63,922 bases of DNA, filler included, from Thelocarpon superellum (GCA_026025795.1; 4 parts of 4 records of this genome joined end to end with filler, not necessarily neighbours in it); one strand, 5' to 3'. Positions 12,971 to 26,855 are shown, numbered from the whole stretch's first letter. A program made the numbers and translations. Notes: a model not told the origin generated them from the sequence alone.

Positions 12971-13326
12971 GCCAGCCCGTCATCTGTTCCTCGATATTCT
13001 CCTATCCTTCTTCTAGACAATAGAACCGATCTTAGCCAGTACATGTGAAGTGGAAAGGATGACTGCTAGTAGTGGTATCTAAATACATGAGTGAGCCATG
13101 TCCATGTTCATGTCCATGTCCAGGCCGGTCCAGCGCAGCGCCCGAAAAGCACCTCGGTGCGTCCGTCATCCAACGCGCCATAACAAGAGGGAGCATCGCA
13201 GGACTGCCCGGGGATGAGAGAGAGAAGGGGAGGGGAGAGGAGCAATGGCGGGTGGGGTTGGTGGAAGGGGGTGAAGGGGGGAGAGGGGAAAAGGTAAGAC
13301 GGAACGATCGGAGATAAAGGAAAGAG

Positions 13327-15889
13327 CTAGTAGGGCGAGTTGACGATATCCTCACGACCCAACGCGCTGACGCGACCACCGACGCGACCGCTGCTCCGCC
13401 GTCCGCCCGCACTGACCCGCGCGGGCGTCGAGATGCTCTCGCGCGTGGGCTTCTTGAAGGTGCGCTTCGCCACCATGTTGACCTCGTTGGGCAGGGCGAC
13501 GATGACGTTCTTGTCGCTGCCGTACTTGAAGTTGTCCGCCTTGACCTCCTCCGCGTAGCGTTTGATCGTGTACTTGTCGCCGTGTCCCGCCACCACGTCC
13601 GCCATGTTCCACGTGATCATGAACGGGCCCGTCGACGTGATGATGCTCGTCTCGCGCGCGTCGAGCCCCGTGTTGAAGTGCGCCGGGGTGAAGGAGAGTG
13701 GGGCGCGCGTCTCGTGCTGGAACTGCGCCACGTGCTCCGGCTTGAGGCCCAGCCGACGCGGCCGCGGCTTGGCGTCTTTGGCAAAGGACTTCTCGAACCC
13801 GAGCTTGCCCTCATTCTTGCCCTCTTTTTGCATGGCGTCGATGAGCAGCAGGTAGGTGCGGCAGGTGCTGAGGACCCAGCGGCCGTCGGCGCTGACGTCG
13901 AGACCGACGATGGGCTCGCCCAGCGCGGGGATGTGCGTCTTGGCATTGATCCCCAGCCGGTCGAACATGCGCACGTCGCCCTTGTTACTGGCCACGGCGA
14001 TGTACCCCTTCTCCGTCGTCGCCGCGGCCGAGAAGTCGTTCTTCGACACGTACTGCTTGAGCTCCGAGTCCACCAGCTTGTTCCCCGCCAGGCGCGGATC
14101 GATGCGGTACAACGCGTTGCGCGACAGGCCGAGGAAGGTCTGCTCGTTCGTCATCTGCGAGAATTTCTGTCGCGGTCGTCAGCGCATGGCACACCACATC
14201 AAGCGCGCGCATCATACCTTTTCCGGGGCAAACGAGGTGACGGGGATGTCGTCGTGCACCTTCCATTCGTCCACGACCTTGCCATACTCCAGATCCATGC
14301 GATAGAGCGAGTTCGGCTCGTTCTCGTTCTGGAGCACCATGTTCGCATCTTCGGCGTGGAGCATGACCTTCTTCGGGTTGAACAGCTTGCCCTTGGGCGT
14401 CTGCACCTTGGAGATGTTGGTGGAGAACTCCAACTTGTTGCTGGCCGTGTGCTTGAAGACGCCAATCTTGGAGCCGCGCACGACAAAGGAGCGATCGTGC
14501 TTGTAGCCTACGGCTAGCTGCGAGTTGACGTTGCCGTCGTCGTCACGCGTCACCACGTCGTCTTCCGACTCGTCGCTGTCGTAGTATTCGCTGCGCTGCC
14601 CGTCCTCATCGATGCCGTCGGCCTCCGCCTCCTCCTCGGGCTCAACCTCCTCCGGGAGCGCGTCCGAATCCTCCATGGTGAGATCCTGGAAGGCCTCGAG
14701 CACATACTCCCGATCCGCGTCCTTGGTCTTGGTCCATTTGGTCTCGTTGAGCTGCTCCCATAGCGCTTGCATCAAGCCCTCCTGGAAGCGCTCCTCCGTT
14801 TCCTGGTCGCGGAAGCGCAGGAGCCAGGAATAGGCGGCCCCGTCGGCGGTGTAGTGGTTGAAGATGAAGGACAGGTACTCAAAATTGAAAACGGGATTGA
14901 TGTCGGCGACGACGGCCTGCCCGAGCCAGTCCTTCTCTTTGCTCGTGATCTGCAGCCAATACTGCCAATTGCCCACCTCAGACACCGTGGCCACGACGGC
15001 AGGGTCTTGCAGGATGAAGGCGCCCGAAGTGAAGTCGAACAGGTGCAGCTCCGCCGCTTCCTTGGCCAAGACCTCACGCCCAACAGGGTGGGCGGCGGAT
15101 GGCGGGGCGGCTGTGGGTGTCGCAGGGACGACAGGCACGGCGGCCTTCGCCTTACCCTTGACGCGGTCCGTGGCGGGGGTGCTTCGCTCCGCGGCCGGCG
15201 TCGTCGGTGTCGTCGCGCTGCGTGATGCCGGCGAGGCCTGGGCGGAGGAAGCGCGTGCCGGCGTGCGTGGGGTCGGAAGGACGGGATCAGAGAAGGAGAA
15301 CTGGTGAAGCTCGGCCTCGGTGGCATTCTCGTGGCTCTTGCGGTACTTCCGCTCGTACTGGCATTGCATGGCCACCACCTCAAAGGTGTTCATGGTGACG
15401 GCTTGGAGGGAGCGGTCGCAGACAAACTCGTAGACGTCCCCGGGGTCGCCGCTGAGGTCTCGCCAGGCCAAGACCATCTCCTGGCCCTCGCGCACCTCGG
15501 AGCGAAAGTGCAACGTCTCGTCAAGGAGGAAGGTCTTCTCGTCCTTTTCCGCCGCCAGGCCACCGTCGGCGCCCCCCTCGCTGTCATCGCCGGCCAACAG
15601 CTCCTCCTCGCCCTCCTCGTAGGCACGCTGGATGACGAGTTGGTAGTGAAAGTCCTGGGCGGTACGACGGATGGAGGCGACGGCGTCCTTGAAGATGAGC
15701 TCGGACGTGCCCTTTGGCGACAGCGGACGCAGCAGATAGAGCTGGCCCTGGGGGATCTCGATGATGGATTCTTTCGAGGTATCTCCGAAGAGATACTTGC
15801 CCACTGTCACCAGGTTAGCATGTCGCGCGACCAAGGGGGGCCGCGAGGGGCGTGGGAGTGATGGCCGTACCATTGCGGAGCATGAACAT
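13327..15889 (-). CDS. VID27: Vacuolar import and degradation protein 27
   Basis: Exon 1 MFMLRN spliced to VGKYLFGD..IPQGQLYLLRPLSPKG. Also NSQLAVGYKHDRSFVVRG, MDLEYGKVVDEW and FKYGSDKNVIVALP. Confidence 0.93.
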
Positions 15890-15997
15890 GATGGCGACAC
15901 TCCCCAGGCGGTCGTCAATGAGGTGCGAGCGGGGTCGATCGAGACAGTGGACTTTCCGTCGACATGGGCGACCAGCGGGCGAAAGAGTTGAGAGAGT

Positions 15998-16097
15998 NNN
16001 NNNNNNNNNNNNNNNNNNNNNNNNNNNNNNNNNNNNNNNNNTTAATTAATTAANNNNNNNNNNNNNNNNNNNNNNNNNNNNNNNNNNNNNNNNNNNN
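15998..16097. other. Artificial contig-joining spacer N44-TTAATTAATTAA-N44
   Basis: Exactly 100 nt, with a central palindrome giving stops in all six frames. Identical at three places. Confidence 0.97.
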
Positions 16098-16876
16098 ACG
16101 ATCGCAGGAGCGAAGTGACTTCGCAAGGGAGCCGCGGCCACCTAGGCGCAGTACGCCGTATGTTAGTCCAAGGCCCGAGCCAAACCCCACGCCTCTGACC
16201 TCACTTCCACCGCTTGCACCCACCCATTCGCCCAACCACCATCCTTGCCCTCCACGCTCTCTCCATCTGCCTGTTGAAGTGCCACCAGGAGGCGAGCCCA
16301 CGAACGAGTCTCCCCAAAATTTGCCATCGTTCATCATCGTCAAACCCACCACCACACGCTGATCCACCCGGGTGCACAGGCTCGCATCACGCACGGCTGC
16401 GAGGTTGACCGAACCTTGGGACGTCGGCCTCGCCACGCTGCCGAGATCCCTATCGCACACCCCGCACTCCCAAGGCCACTACTGCCGCCCGACGCCCGAC
16501 GACCGACGACCGACGTTTCAAACGGTCCCGACCGCAGCCAGCGAGCATCGCATCCCAAGCCTACCACCAGAAGCTCAAACAAGAATCCCGGCGTCCTGAT
16601 CACACGTTGATCCCCATTCTCGGTCCTCCCGCTTGTCGCCCGCTGCTTCCGACTGCGCATACGTGCAGCGGCGCTCGAGTCATCCAGACACGCGTTGACG
16701 CACTCTTCGTCGTCTGCCACACATCCATCACCCACCGTCAATCGGCCGGCGCCGCTGCGGCTCTCCGAGTGCCTCCAGCGTCCCCCCGTCTGCTCCGCGC
16801 GGCATCACTTGACACGCTCGCGCACGCCAGACTGTCGAAGCAGCTAGGCCTGATGTATTGAGCGTCCCTGCCCACT

Positions 16877-18939
16877 ATGTCCGTCCCCTTTGTCTCGGGC
16901 GAGGAGGAGATGGGGCCCAGCATCGCGGATCAGGTCGAGGGTCTCTTCGCCTCCCTCTCGACCCCAAGCTCTCCCACCCTCCCGACGCACGCCGATACTC
17001 CACTGCCTCTTTACCATCATCCTCACCTCCCTCCAATGGACGACATGATGGCGGTGGACCATCTCGATCCCCAATCTACCGATCCTGAGGCCGCCACCTT
17101 CACGGCCGGCTCATTGGGCCCTCCCGGGTTCCACTTCCCTCATATGCATCAGCCGACCCATCATCTCGACATGGCACTTACGACGCCCTCCGTGACAAGC
17201 GCCGCGATGCCGGCCGCGGGTCCCGCCACGGCTCACGGAATTGCCGCCGCCTTTCCCACGCTCCTGGCCGAGCACAACGTCGTGGCGGACCCCGTCCTGC
17301 CCGTGACGTCGAGCTATGGCCAGCTCGTGGGCAATGGCTTGCTCGCTGTCGATGCCTATGATAGCGCCGACATGGTCGACCTCGATGGCTTCCAACTGGA
17401 AGACTTCGAGCGCAACTTAGACTTCATTCGCTTTGTGGAACAGTGGTACTACCGGGCCGGCTTGCCGGCTGGGGGCTACCCCAGCATCTCCGAAGAGGCC
17501 ATCGAGGTCCGACATTGGAATCGGCCCAGCCACGTCACCCGCCCCGAGCTTGATGGTGACAGGTACGATGTGCAGGGTATTGACTGGACCAAGATCGGCG
17601 TCGCACGTGAGACAGCTCGTCGGGTCCGTCGCAAGCTCTATCATAACTACACCAACATCCAGCCTCGCCCGCTCGGACTGCCAGTAAGCCTCTTGTGTCC
17701 ATGCGCCATCGAGGCGAAGCGTTCTTGGCGTCGGTGATGCTGATGCAAGGCTTCTCTCCGCAGTGGCACCCAGCTCCGCCGACCGGTGGCGCCTTCTTTG
17801 AATTTCGTCGGTTGTCGACCAAGAATCTCGTGCATCTATCACACTTTCAGCTGCGCAATCTCCTCTGCTCCACCTCGCACGCGGACCTGTGCTATGCCGG
17901 AAAGTCGCACATCACCATTGCCAATCCGGCCACGGACTCGACCCGGGTCATCATGGACCTCTCCAAGCCCAACGTGGATTCCTACTACCCTGGCGGCTGG
18001 AAGACGTCGACGCTGACCGCGACACATGGGGTGCTGGTCGTGGGTGGCTTTGGTGGCGAATATGCCATGGCCAACCTCGACGCCGCGTCCCGTGCCCCGC
18101 ACGTCGAAGGCTTGGTGACGATGGACGACAATGGCATCACCAACTATGTGCACAACTACTTGGACCGTAGCAGCAACCATCCGCGCACGGTCTTCTGCTC
18201 CAATGATCGCAAAGTGCGCGTGCTCGATTGTTACACCAACACCTTCATCAAAGAGCACGACTTTGGCTGGCCAGTGAATTGTGCCGCCACCAGCCCAGAC
18301 GGCCGGCTGCGCGTGGTGGTTGGCGACGACACCAGTGTGACCGTCAGTGACGCCGAGACGGGCCGCTCGCTCCAGGTGCTGCGTGGGCACCAAGACTTTG
18401 GCTTTGCATGCGCTTGGGCCGACGACGGCATCCACGTGGCGACGGGCAACCAAGACAAGCAGGTGCGGATCTACGACGCCCGTTATTGGGCTCGGCCCCT
18501 GCACATCATGTACACGGAGATGGCGGGCGCGCGCGCGCTTCGCTTCTCGCCCATTGGCGGCGGCAAGCGCGTGCTGGCGGCGGCAGAGCCAGCCGACTTC
18601 ATCCATGTGGTCGACGCCCACCACTTCCGCACCGGCCAACGCCTGGATCAATTTGGCGAGATCGCCGGCATCACCTTTGCCCCAGACGGCAACGAGCTCT
18701 ACGCCGCCAATTCGGACGAGACGCTGGGTGGCATCATCGAATACCGCCGCACGGGTGCGGCCGAGGAGTATGGCGTGCGTCGATGTACGCAGTGCGCGAT
18801 CCCAGGTAGCCGTGGCCCCACATGCAGCGAATGCCGGGATTGGGCCGCCGATCGAGCCCTGCCGGCGGATGAACGCGTTGGCCGCACCAATCGCTGGCGC
18901 ATGCGACGCTCAGTCGACTTGGGTCGGGTCGTGGTTTGA
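16877..18939 (+). CDS. WD40-repeat protein (DUF2415-like conserved fungal family)
   Basis: YDVQGIDW, HFQLRNLL, NCAATSPDGRLRVVVGD, GHQDFGFACAWADDG..ATGNQDK and AAEPADFIHVVDA..FGEIAGITF. Intron 17684-17763 keeps frame. Confidence 0.85.
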
Positions 18940-20094
18940 GGTGGGGCATCCGCCCCCTGTTCCCGCTGCACGACTGCTACCACTACCACTACCACCACCA
19001 CCACCACCACCACCACGATCGAGAGCGACGTGGCAATGACGACGACGACACTGCGACGATGGCCCATGTGTACGATAGGCTGCATTAGCGATAGGGCATC
19101 TTCTCCCGGGTGTACGGACTGGATGGGAAATCTGGTGAGGTCTCGAGGTGCTTGGGCACTGGCTCTTGTCATGAGCGTGGGCCGTCCCTGTGACGGACTA
19201 AGACGGACAAAGCCTGTCCCCTGCTCACTGACCCGATCTTGATGACATTTGATGAGAAGGCGAGCGTTGGTTTCTCCTTTCGCTATCGCTCGTTCTTTTC
19301 TTCGCCGTTGCGCGTGGTCTTCTGTGTTCAAATCTGTCTACGTGCCGTGGATCTTGTGACATACTTCACCTAGCCAAACTCTCATGCTCGCCAGTGTTTC
19401 CCCCTGGCGTGAAATCCTCACTCCAGCTTCCCTCATGTTTCAAGAGACTCTGTTCCACATATACCTAGTAGTCGGAAATCCAATCTTTTTACATTAGATG
19501 CACTCACAGCTGTAGTCGCAGTCGCAGTTGCAGTCATCCAGTCATCCAATCACCATGCCGTCGATGGGAGCGAAGCCGCAGCCGTGGGGAGCGAGAGGCT
19601 GCGGTTTTTACACGAGGGCGGTGGGTACATCCTCTTCGTGGGAGTACTCCGTGATCGCTCGCAGCATTCGCTCCGGGTAACTCCGAGACGATCCGACACC
19701 CCGCCGCCTTCACTTGGGTCGTGAAAGTACGAGGTACCTCAAGCTACCCCTCCTTTCATCGGTACGCCAATCTTCATCTTCATTCTTCTTCAACCAGATT
19801 CTCGATCACTGGCTGCATCAACCCCCTTGAATTCCAGAGTGCATCCAGTACCCAGACCAGATCGCGCATTTACTTTACCCGGGTAAGTGAGCACCTGGGT
19901 CATCTCGTTCTCCTCGTGTAGCCCAGCCATGACGTCGTTCTCCTCAAGCCTACTGAACCACTGTCCTGTTACTTCCATCCATCTCTCTCCCATACCTCAT
20001 ACAATCTGGCATCCACTAACTGTATCTTCCTTCTCTTGGCCACAGACCTACCAGTCTCTTCCACCCCGGCTTCACGACCACCTGATCAGCAGTC

Positions 20095-21032
20095 ATGTCG
20101 TACAATGAGGGATACGGCGGCGGCGGCCAAGAACCATATGGCGGCAGAGGCCAGCGCCCACAGCAGCCTTATGGAAGCCAGCAAGGTGGTGGATACGACG
20201 ATCAAGGCGGCTATGGTGGTCAAGGTGGCCAACAAGGCGGCCGTCCGCAGGAATATGACGGAGGTCAACCAGGTGGAGGTGGAGGCGGTTACGGCGGTCA
20301 GCCGGAGTATGGACACCAAGGGGGAGGGAGCTACGGCAATCAAGGTGGTCAGGGCGGTCAGGGTGGGTATGGAGGATCCTACGGCGGCGGTGGCGGTGGC
20401 GGTGGCGGCGGCGGTGGAGGTTATGACCACGACTTCTCCTCGGCGGCACAACATGCGCAGCAACACGCGGGTGATTCCGGCGACCACTCCATGTTCCAGT
20501 CCGCCCTCTCCCATATCTCCCAGAACCATGGGCAGATTGCGAACTCGGACCTGGATGAGCAACAATCGGTGCAGGCCCACCAGGCCCTGTACGGCGGCGG
20601 TGGTGGCGGCGGCGGCGGCGGTCAACAACATTCCGCTGGCACCATGGGCTCGGCCGCGGCGATGCAAGCATTGCACATGTTTACCGGCGGTGGCGCCGGC
20701 CAGGGCGGACAGGGAAGCCAAGGCGGAGGCAACAGTCCGAACCAATTCGTGGGCATGGCCATGGCTCAGGCTAGCAAGCTCTTCGATGGCCAGGCCGCGC
20801 AGGGTAGTGTGGTACGTTTCCCCCGGCCCCGACGCTCCCATCTCCCCTCTCTCATCTACCGAGTGTTCATGGCGGGCTGACTGGGGCGCCAACTCAGCAA
20901 CCGGGGACCAGTAAACAGGACGCCATCACGCAGGCGGGCGAGATGGCGGTGAAGATGTTTATGAAGAGCCAAGGTGGGGGAGGGGGTGGTGGCATGGGCG
21001 GGCTGATGAGCATGGCGGGGAAATTCTTTTGA
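20095..21032 (+). CDS. Gly-rich beta-flanking-like protein with a G/Q/Y-rich N-terminus
   Basis: Conserved-looking core FSSAAQHAQQHAGDSGD..MFQSAL..DLDEQQSVQAHQALYG..MGSAAAMQAL..FVGMAMAQASKLFD. Intron 20812-20897 leads to KQDAITQAGEMAVKMFMKS..GLMSMAGKFF*. Probable 5'UTR intron at 19883-20045. Confidence 0.8.
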
Positions 21033-23606
21033 TGGAGGGTAAAGGTGGTTGGCAAACAATCAAATGACAAGCTCCTCGTGCTGCTGCGTAAGTGACCTGG
21101 AGGGATGCCAGACGATGTCAAAGACGCCAAGAGAACGACCCTGGTTGGGTCGTAACCGACCCATTCATATCGCGTAATTGAAGGTACGACCTCACCTCTG
21201 CGACGAAGAAACCATTCCCCGGGCCCGTAATAGCTCGAAGCAATCGGGAATTCCCCGCGGACCAAGGTCGGAAGTCAACAACAATCCGGCAGGCAAGTTG
21301 ATAACGCTAGGACGGTGGTTGGTGCTAGCTGAGTGATAATCTCGTCTTCAATCAACCAGTTCATCGCCTGGCGGGAATTTCCTCGCAATTCAAGAGAACC
21401 AGCGGCGACGCGGGACGAATAGCATAGCACAAGTACGAGTGCTCGTGCTGGTCGCGATGAACGATCCATGCTCGCTTCATACCAGCACCCCTACTGAGGT
21501 TACGAGTGTGTTCCTCGTACTGGTAGGAAGCGAGCATTGACCGCCGAGGGGACGTCCGTTCACATTGTTCATATCGTTCGCCGACCCATGAGATTGCCCT
21601 GGGTCCAAGCGAGGAACCGGCGCTGGCCTCTGCAATTCCACGGTCGAGCCAAGACCGCTACGCTGCATCGGGCACCGTTCATTTCCCAGTATGAAGGCAA
21701 CTGCGCCCAACTCATTCCTCTGCCTTCCTCCCCGGAAGGAAAGCCTTTTTCGTTTGCCGCCCGACCATGTTCAAGCAGTTTCAGGTCGACGAAGGAAACA
21801 CGACGCGCACGGTGCTGAGTGGGTCTGGGCCCGCGGGCTCACTGCCTGCGTGCTCGTGAGCTGTTAAGGCATCAGGTCCATCTAGTGCTGCAACGAGTAA
21901 GCTCTCGTTGCATTGTGTACGAGTCTATCGGGTGGGGTGGGCATGACGCGTCACAACATAACAAAATCCCGAGGTTGAGATGCAGGTCTCTGTACCGCCG
22001 TCCACTTACTTCTTTTTCGCCATTGGCCCGCTCGCCCTGGACAAGGAGTACCCGGGCACAGCTTCACTGCGTTCGTCAGACCTCCCAGTAGTTAATGCCT
22101 TCGTCCTGTACCATGCTTTCTACAACGACATACTCATGGTCTTCTGGACCCTGTCGACCATTGCGGCACCCGCCCCATGTAAGCATCGTCAGGCGTGGCC
22201 AGCGCTACGGTGCACAAGTCGTCCCCTTAAAGGGACTGCGGCGCGGACTGACGGGCGTCATGCTCGTTCAAAGCAGCATAACTACCTCCATGGACTCCTG
22301 CTAAGCTACCTCGGTCCAAGGCGCAGACAGATTTCTCTTTTGGCATCCAAGCCGCCAGGCGTGCTGACGGTCCGCACGTGGAGCCCGCGCCGCATGCCAC
22401 GCCACCGCGAGTTGGGGTCGCCAAACACGCGGCTTACCAAGGCACTGAAAACCAGCAGCTACGCCGCTGCAGCCGATCGTGAAACAACTCCATCCAGGGC
22501 TCACCGTCAGGGCGGGGATGTTTCTCGGGATAGGCCCCCGCCGTGGCCTCCTTAGTAGCGTGCCGGGCATCCTCCGCTTTGCTGCTCGTCGGCGTGGCGG
22601 CTGCATTGATTGTGCAGCCCCGCGGAAAGTAAGTTTCTGGTGAAGCAGCGCGAGGTGGTGGGCCAGCCGATCACGGCGCGAACTGTACGAGTAACATACT
22701 ACTCGCACCAGTATGGTGGTGTAGCGACGGATGACTGGAATAGGTTGGGCGATTTAGCGAGCGGCCGTGACTGGAACGGCCAAGGACGAGCTTGTTCAAG
22801 GTTCCTGATGGCATTTTGCTTCCCACCCTCGCCACCCCTGCCGCTCCTTGCTGCCGCTCCACGCCCTTCATGCATCCACACCTACGATCCTTGCCGTACC
22901 CCTGTCGCTCTGGAGATTGCGGTCCCTGACGCCCTACCTAGTCTGGCCTTCCACACGCCCTCACTGGCTTTCTTGCGCGCCCGGCCCTGAGCGGCCGACG
23001 GCTCCCTGGGGACTTTGATCGGCTCTGACCAACGACGGCCAAAGGTTCAATCTCATTTGGGAATCTGCCCTTGGCGCGGCCGGCCCACCGGCCTCTCTCC
23101 CTCCCCCAGGACCCTGGCGACGAGCGGCCGTGGACGCCTAACATCTGGCCAGGGCCGCACTACCGGGTACGTGGACGTGCCCTGCGCGAGCGCTGGTGAC
23201 CGGCCTCCCATGGTCATTGCGGGTAGTGCGAGTCGCCGGTGCTGGTAGTCTTACTGGGTTTGCGCGTCCGCCGACTCGCCCAGCCGTACCTCGAAACGTC
23301 CGCTCCACTCCTTTTCCTGACCCGCGGCGACTTTGCTCCTCCGGCCCCCCCATTCCTTCACAGTTACATCTCTCCTCTTCGTCACTCCGGCTCAGGACTC
23401 CACAACCTCGTCCTTCGCGCCCAGTCACTCCTTCACGCCACCTTGGGCTCTCTTTGCCCACCGACGCTCCTTTCGTGTGTCCGCGCTTCTTCTCGTTCAC
23501 ATCGACCGGCAAGGCCCCTTTCACGACGCATCTCCGATCGTGAAGATCCCGTGCTGGAACAAAGGGACGTCGACCCATTCGCTCATTTGCAATCAACGCG
23601 CCCATC

Positions 23607-25109
23607 ATGATGCGCAACGTTGTCGCTGCTGGCGCAGTGCTGGCTGCCACCATCTCCGGATCCTTGGCCGATAACTGCGCTGCTGGCGGGGGCGCGGATT
23701 CGCTCGACAACTTTTATTGCCAGCCGGTCCAGGGCATCACCTACAGCAACGTTGGGAGCTCCAACTCGTACAATGAGGTGACGTCGATGAATGGCGGCTC
23801 CTGTGGATCGAGCCCGAAGGCCTACAGCGGACCGATCGCGCCCCTGGATGAGGAGGTAGGTCGCATCTGGGCGGGGATGCATCATTGGCATTATGGACTG
23901 ACCGCGCCCGGTGCAGGTGTCATTGCACTTCGCTGGTCCGCTTCAATTGAAGCAGTTTGGCGTGTACATGCCCGAAAATTCGTCGGGCACGAGCAAGCAC
24001 CGACGAGGCCTCGCGTCACACCGCCGACATGGCCACCAACACTTCCACGAACACCACAAGGAGATCCGCGACGAACAGGAAAAGCGAAATGTCGGTGACG
24101 TCGTCGTCGCCACCATCGACGGGGTGCGCGTCTCCTGGACCAGTGAGTTACCGGGTGCTACCGCTACGCCGGCCGCCCCCGCCGCCGTGGATGCTGCGTC
24201 GGCCAGCCCGGGCTCAGGCTCGTATGGCGACTACTCCAACACCGGCAGCTCCCCCGTCAGCTCGTGGACGCGTGCGGCGTACTACGATTCCGCTTCGCAG
24301 ACAAAGGATGGATTGGTCTTCCTCAACCATCTCGGTGGTCAAGGGTCCGGCGTGTGGGAGTACGTCATGTCTCTCAACCTCTCATCTCAAGTCCCCTTCT
24401 GACGTGGACCCCCCACAGCGCTTCCTTTGGCAACTCGCTCTCTTTCGCCGGTTCCGACGGCCAGAGCGCGGCATCAAGCCCTCAGATTCTGGCCGACACG
24501 ACGATCCCCTCCAATCACGAAGTCGTCATCTTCTCCGACAAGCCCTGCAGCAATGGTGACTGTGGTTTCTTCCGTCCGGGCACGGACGACGTAGCCTTCC
24601 GTACGTGATTCTCAGCTCGGCGTCAGCAGTAGTGAGGCAAGGCTGACACCCTGGTGACAGACGGCTTCGATGGTGCCTCGAAGATCTTCGTGTTCGAATT
24701 CCAGATGCCGGATGATGGCCAGAGTGGCTGGAACTTGAACATGCCCGCCATTTGGATCCTGAACGCCAAGATCCCGCGTACCAGCCAGTTCCCCGCCGAT
24801 CCCGCGTGCAGCTGCTGGGCCTCGGGCTGTGGCGAGTTCGATCTCTTCGAGATTCTCAACTCGGGCAACACCAAGGCCAAGTCGACCTTCCACATGGGCC
24901 AGGCCGCAGGCGATTCCGACTACTTTGTCCGTCCCACAGGCGCTACGATCAAGGCTGCGGTCATCCTCGACGGCAGCTCGTCCATTGCCCACATCCAGGT
25001 CCTCGACGACAGCGTCACGTTCGGCGACACCCTGAGCAAGTCAGATGTCGACGGCTTCTTGAGCAAGTCCACGGGCGCTGGCCTTTCCACCTTTGCATTG
25101 GCGGCGTAG
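23607..25109 (+). CDS. TOS1: Secreted Tos1/YJL171C/Pga52-family cell-wall protein (putative circularly permuted beta-1,3-glucanase)
   Basis: Signal peptide, YSGPIAPLDEE-VSLHFAGPLQLKQFGVY, FLNHLGGQGSGVWD, KIFVFEFQMP and NMPAIWILNAKIPRTSQ..CSCWASGCGEFDLFEIL. Introns 23856-23916, 24360-24418 and 24602-24660. Confidence 0.88.
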
Positions 25110-26855
25110 GCACGACCGGGCGGATGAGCGGTGGGGTCTGATGGATGGGGATGGCTTCTTTGACCTTGCAAGGGGTTTGGGAGGGTGGAGGAAAAAGGAG
25201 CATGTATAATGATGTCGTGCCGCAGCCCGCAAGGGAGGCGTCCGTCGAGGCTGGCGCAACGTGGGCGCGGCGAGGCGAGGCAAGTTGCATGGGATCATTG
25301 GGGGGAGAAGGGGCGACGAGGCGGGCCAACCCTGGGCGCGCATCAAGTGGCCAGATCATTTCGACCATCTTTCGCGTTGATGACCTTTGCTCACCACGAC
25401 GTGGCCCTGGCCTGGCTGCCGAGCTCCTTCGCCCAACCGCATTTTTTTATATTCATTCCACCCCTCCCCCCATTGTTTCTTGTATATTACGCTGCGCAAC
25501 GAGCGACTGCTGATGTCCTGTTGAGGGGGGGGTGTCAATCAATCAATCCATCGAGCGTGGAAGCAATCCAGTTTAAGCAATCTAGAACAGTTGAAACATT
25601 GAGGTAGGCTTGGAGAGGGCCACGGATAGGAGATGACGCTGGCCACCTGCCTGGTTCAGCTGGCACTGCTGCAGACGTGGGTGACGAAGCCGGACAGTGT
25701 TGCATCGTAAATGGTGTTCCTATCCCTTCAATCTTCCCCTCACTCGTCGCTGCTTGCCCGATCGGTCACGGGCGCTACGGCGTCAGAGCAGCCCAGATGG
25801 CTCACATCCTGTGGAATAGTGCCGACAAGAAGTTTCGCAACCGGGCCGCCGTTTTTGGGTTGGAGAATTGGCCCACATGCAGAGCTCCCCCGAAGCACTC
25901 GGTCCGTGGCGATCGGGTGCCGGTGATGGCGAGCGACGACCGGTAAAGGGTAGCACGGGATGCGTCACTGGAAGCTTGAACGAAATTTGCTTTGCGAGGT
26001 CCATGGAACCAGCATCTCTGCTGCTGCAAAGAAGAGCGCCAGGCGCGAGGGCAACAAAGGCGCATCACAGAGATGCGATGAAAAATAATCAGCAAAATCA
26101 ATTTTATAACCTGCAGAATGCACCGCGAGGATACGCATCATTGTGAGGAGTAACTCTCCCGCATTTGGAGATGAATGACAGATGGACGTGGCGGTCGGCG
26201 GTATGAATTTCCATCCATCGACGGCATTTCATCCTGGCAACCTGAACACGTCCGCAGGATGACACATGATCTTGGGGCAGAAAATAGAGGTAGAGGTTCT
26301 CCGTACGAAGTACTTTGAGCGGCGACGCGGGTGCCCGAGGGGGACGAGTTACTAGCAAAGTTGCCGTCCTTGTACTTGGGACCGGGTATTTGGTACGCAG
26401 TGCTGCCACCTGCGTACTCGTACTCGTACTCGAAGGAGTATCACCGCTACAGGGCCCCCTCCATTATTGCGTGTTGCCGAGGTCTCCAGAGAGTAGTACG
26501 GGGTCCGCCTCCTGCTGTTGGCGAGCGCGGTATACCATGCCGGTGTCTCCTCGACCAAGGACGGCAAGTGGCTAAGATAGATTCGGAGCGGCGGCACTTC
26601 TGACAGCCCCATCGTCCATCATCTCCACTCCACTTCACTTCGGCATCCTCGTCGCCACGGGATAGAGAATCCAACATTGTGTCGAAGCTGATGCCGCATC
26701 ATCGTCGCGGTGACGTTGGTCGCTGGGTCGCTTGTCAGGTGGTCAAGCACGTGTCGCCGAAGGCGCGATTGCGACACCGAGCCGCTAGGACGACGCAACG
26801 ACGAGGCCTCGAGCGTGCGACATCGTCGTAGGTGCTTGACGGTACGACTACCATC

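Noticed and set aside
16042..16053. TTAATTAATTAA as a biological palindrome or piggyBac site
   Set aside because: It is centred in identical 100-nt N spacers three times, so it is an assembly linker.
20095..21032. Mating-type locus, because beta-flanking genes border the HD locus in agaricomycetes
   Set aside because: No homeodomain, HMG, alpha-box, APN2 or SLA2 gene on this contig, and the gene content is ascomycete-like.
21468..22555. Possible spliced gene between the beta-flanking-like gene and TOS1 (ORF 21980-22555, several GTAAG donors)
   Set aside because: I could not build a consistent start-to-stop model and saw no recognisable motif. RNA-seq is needed.
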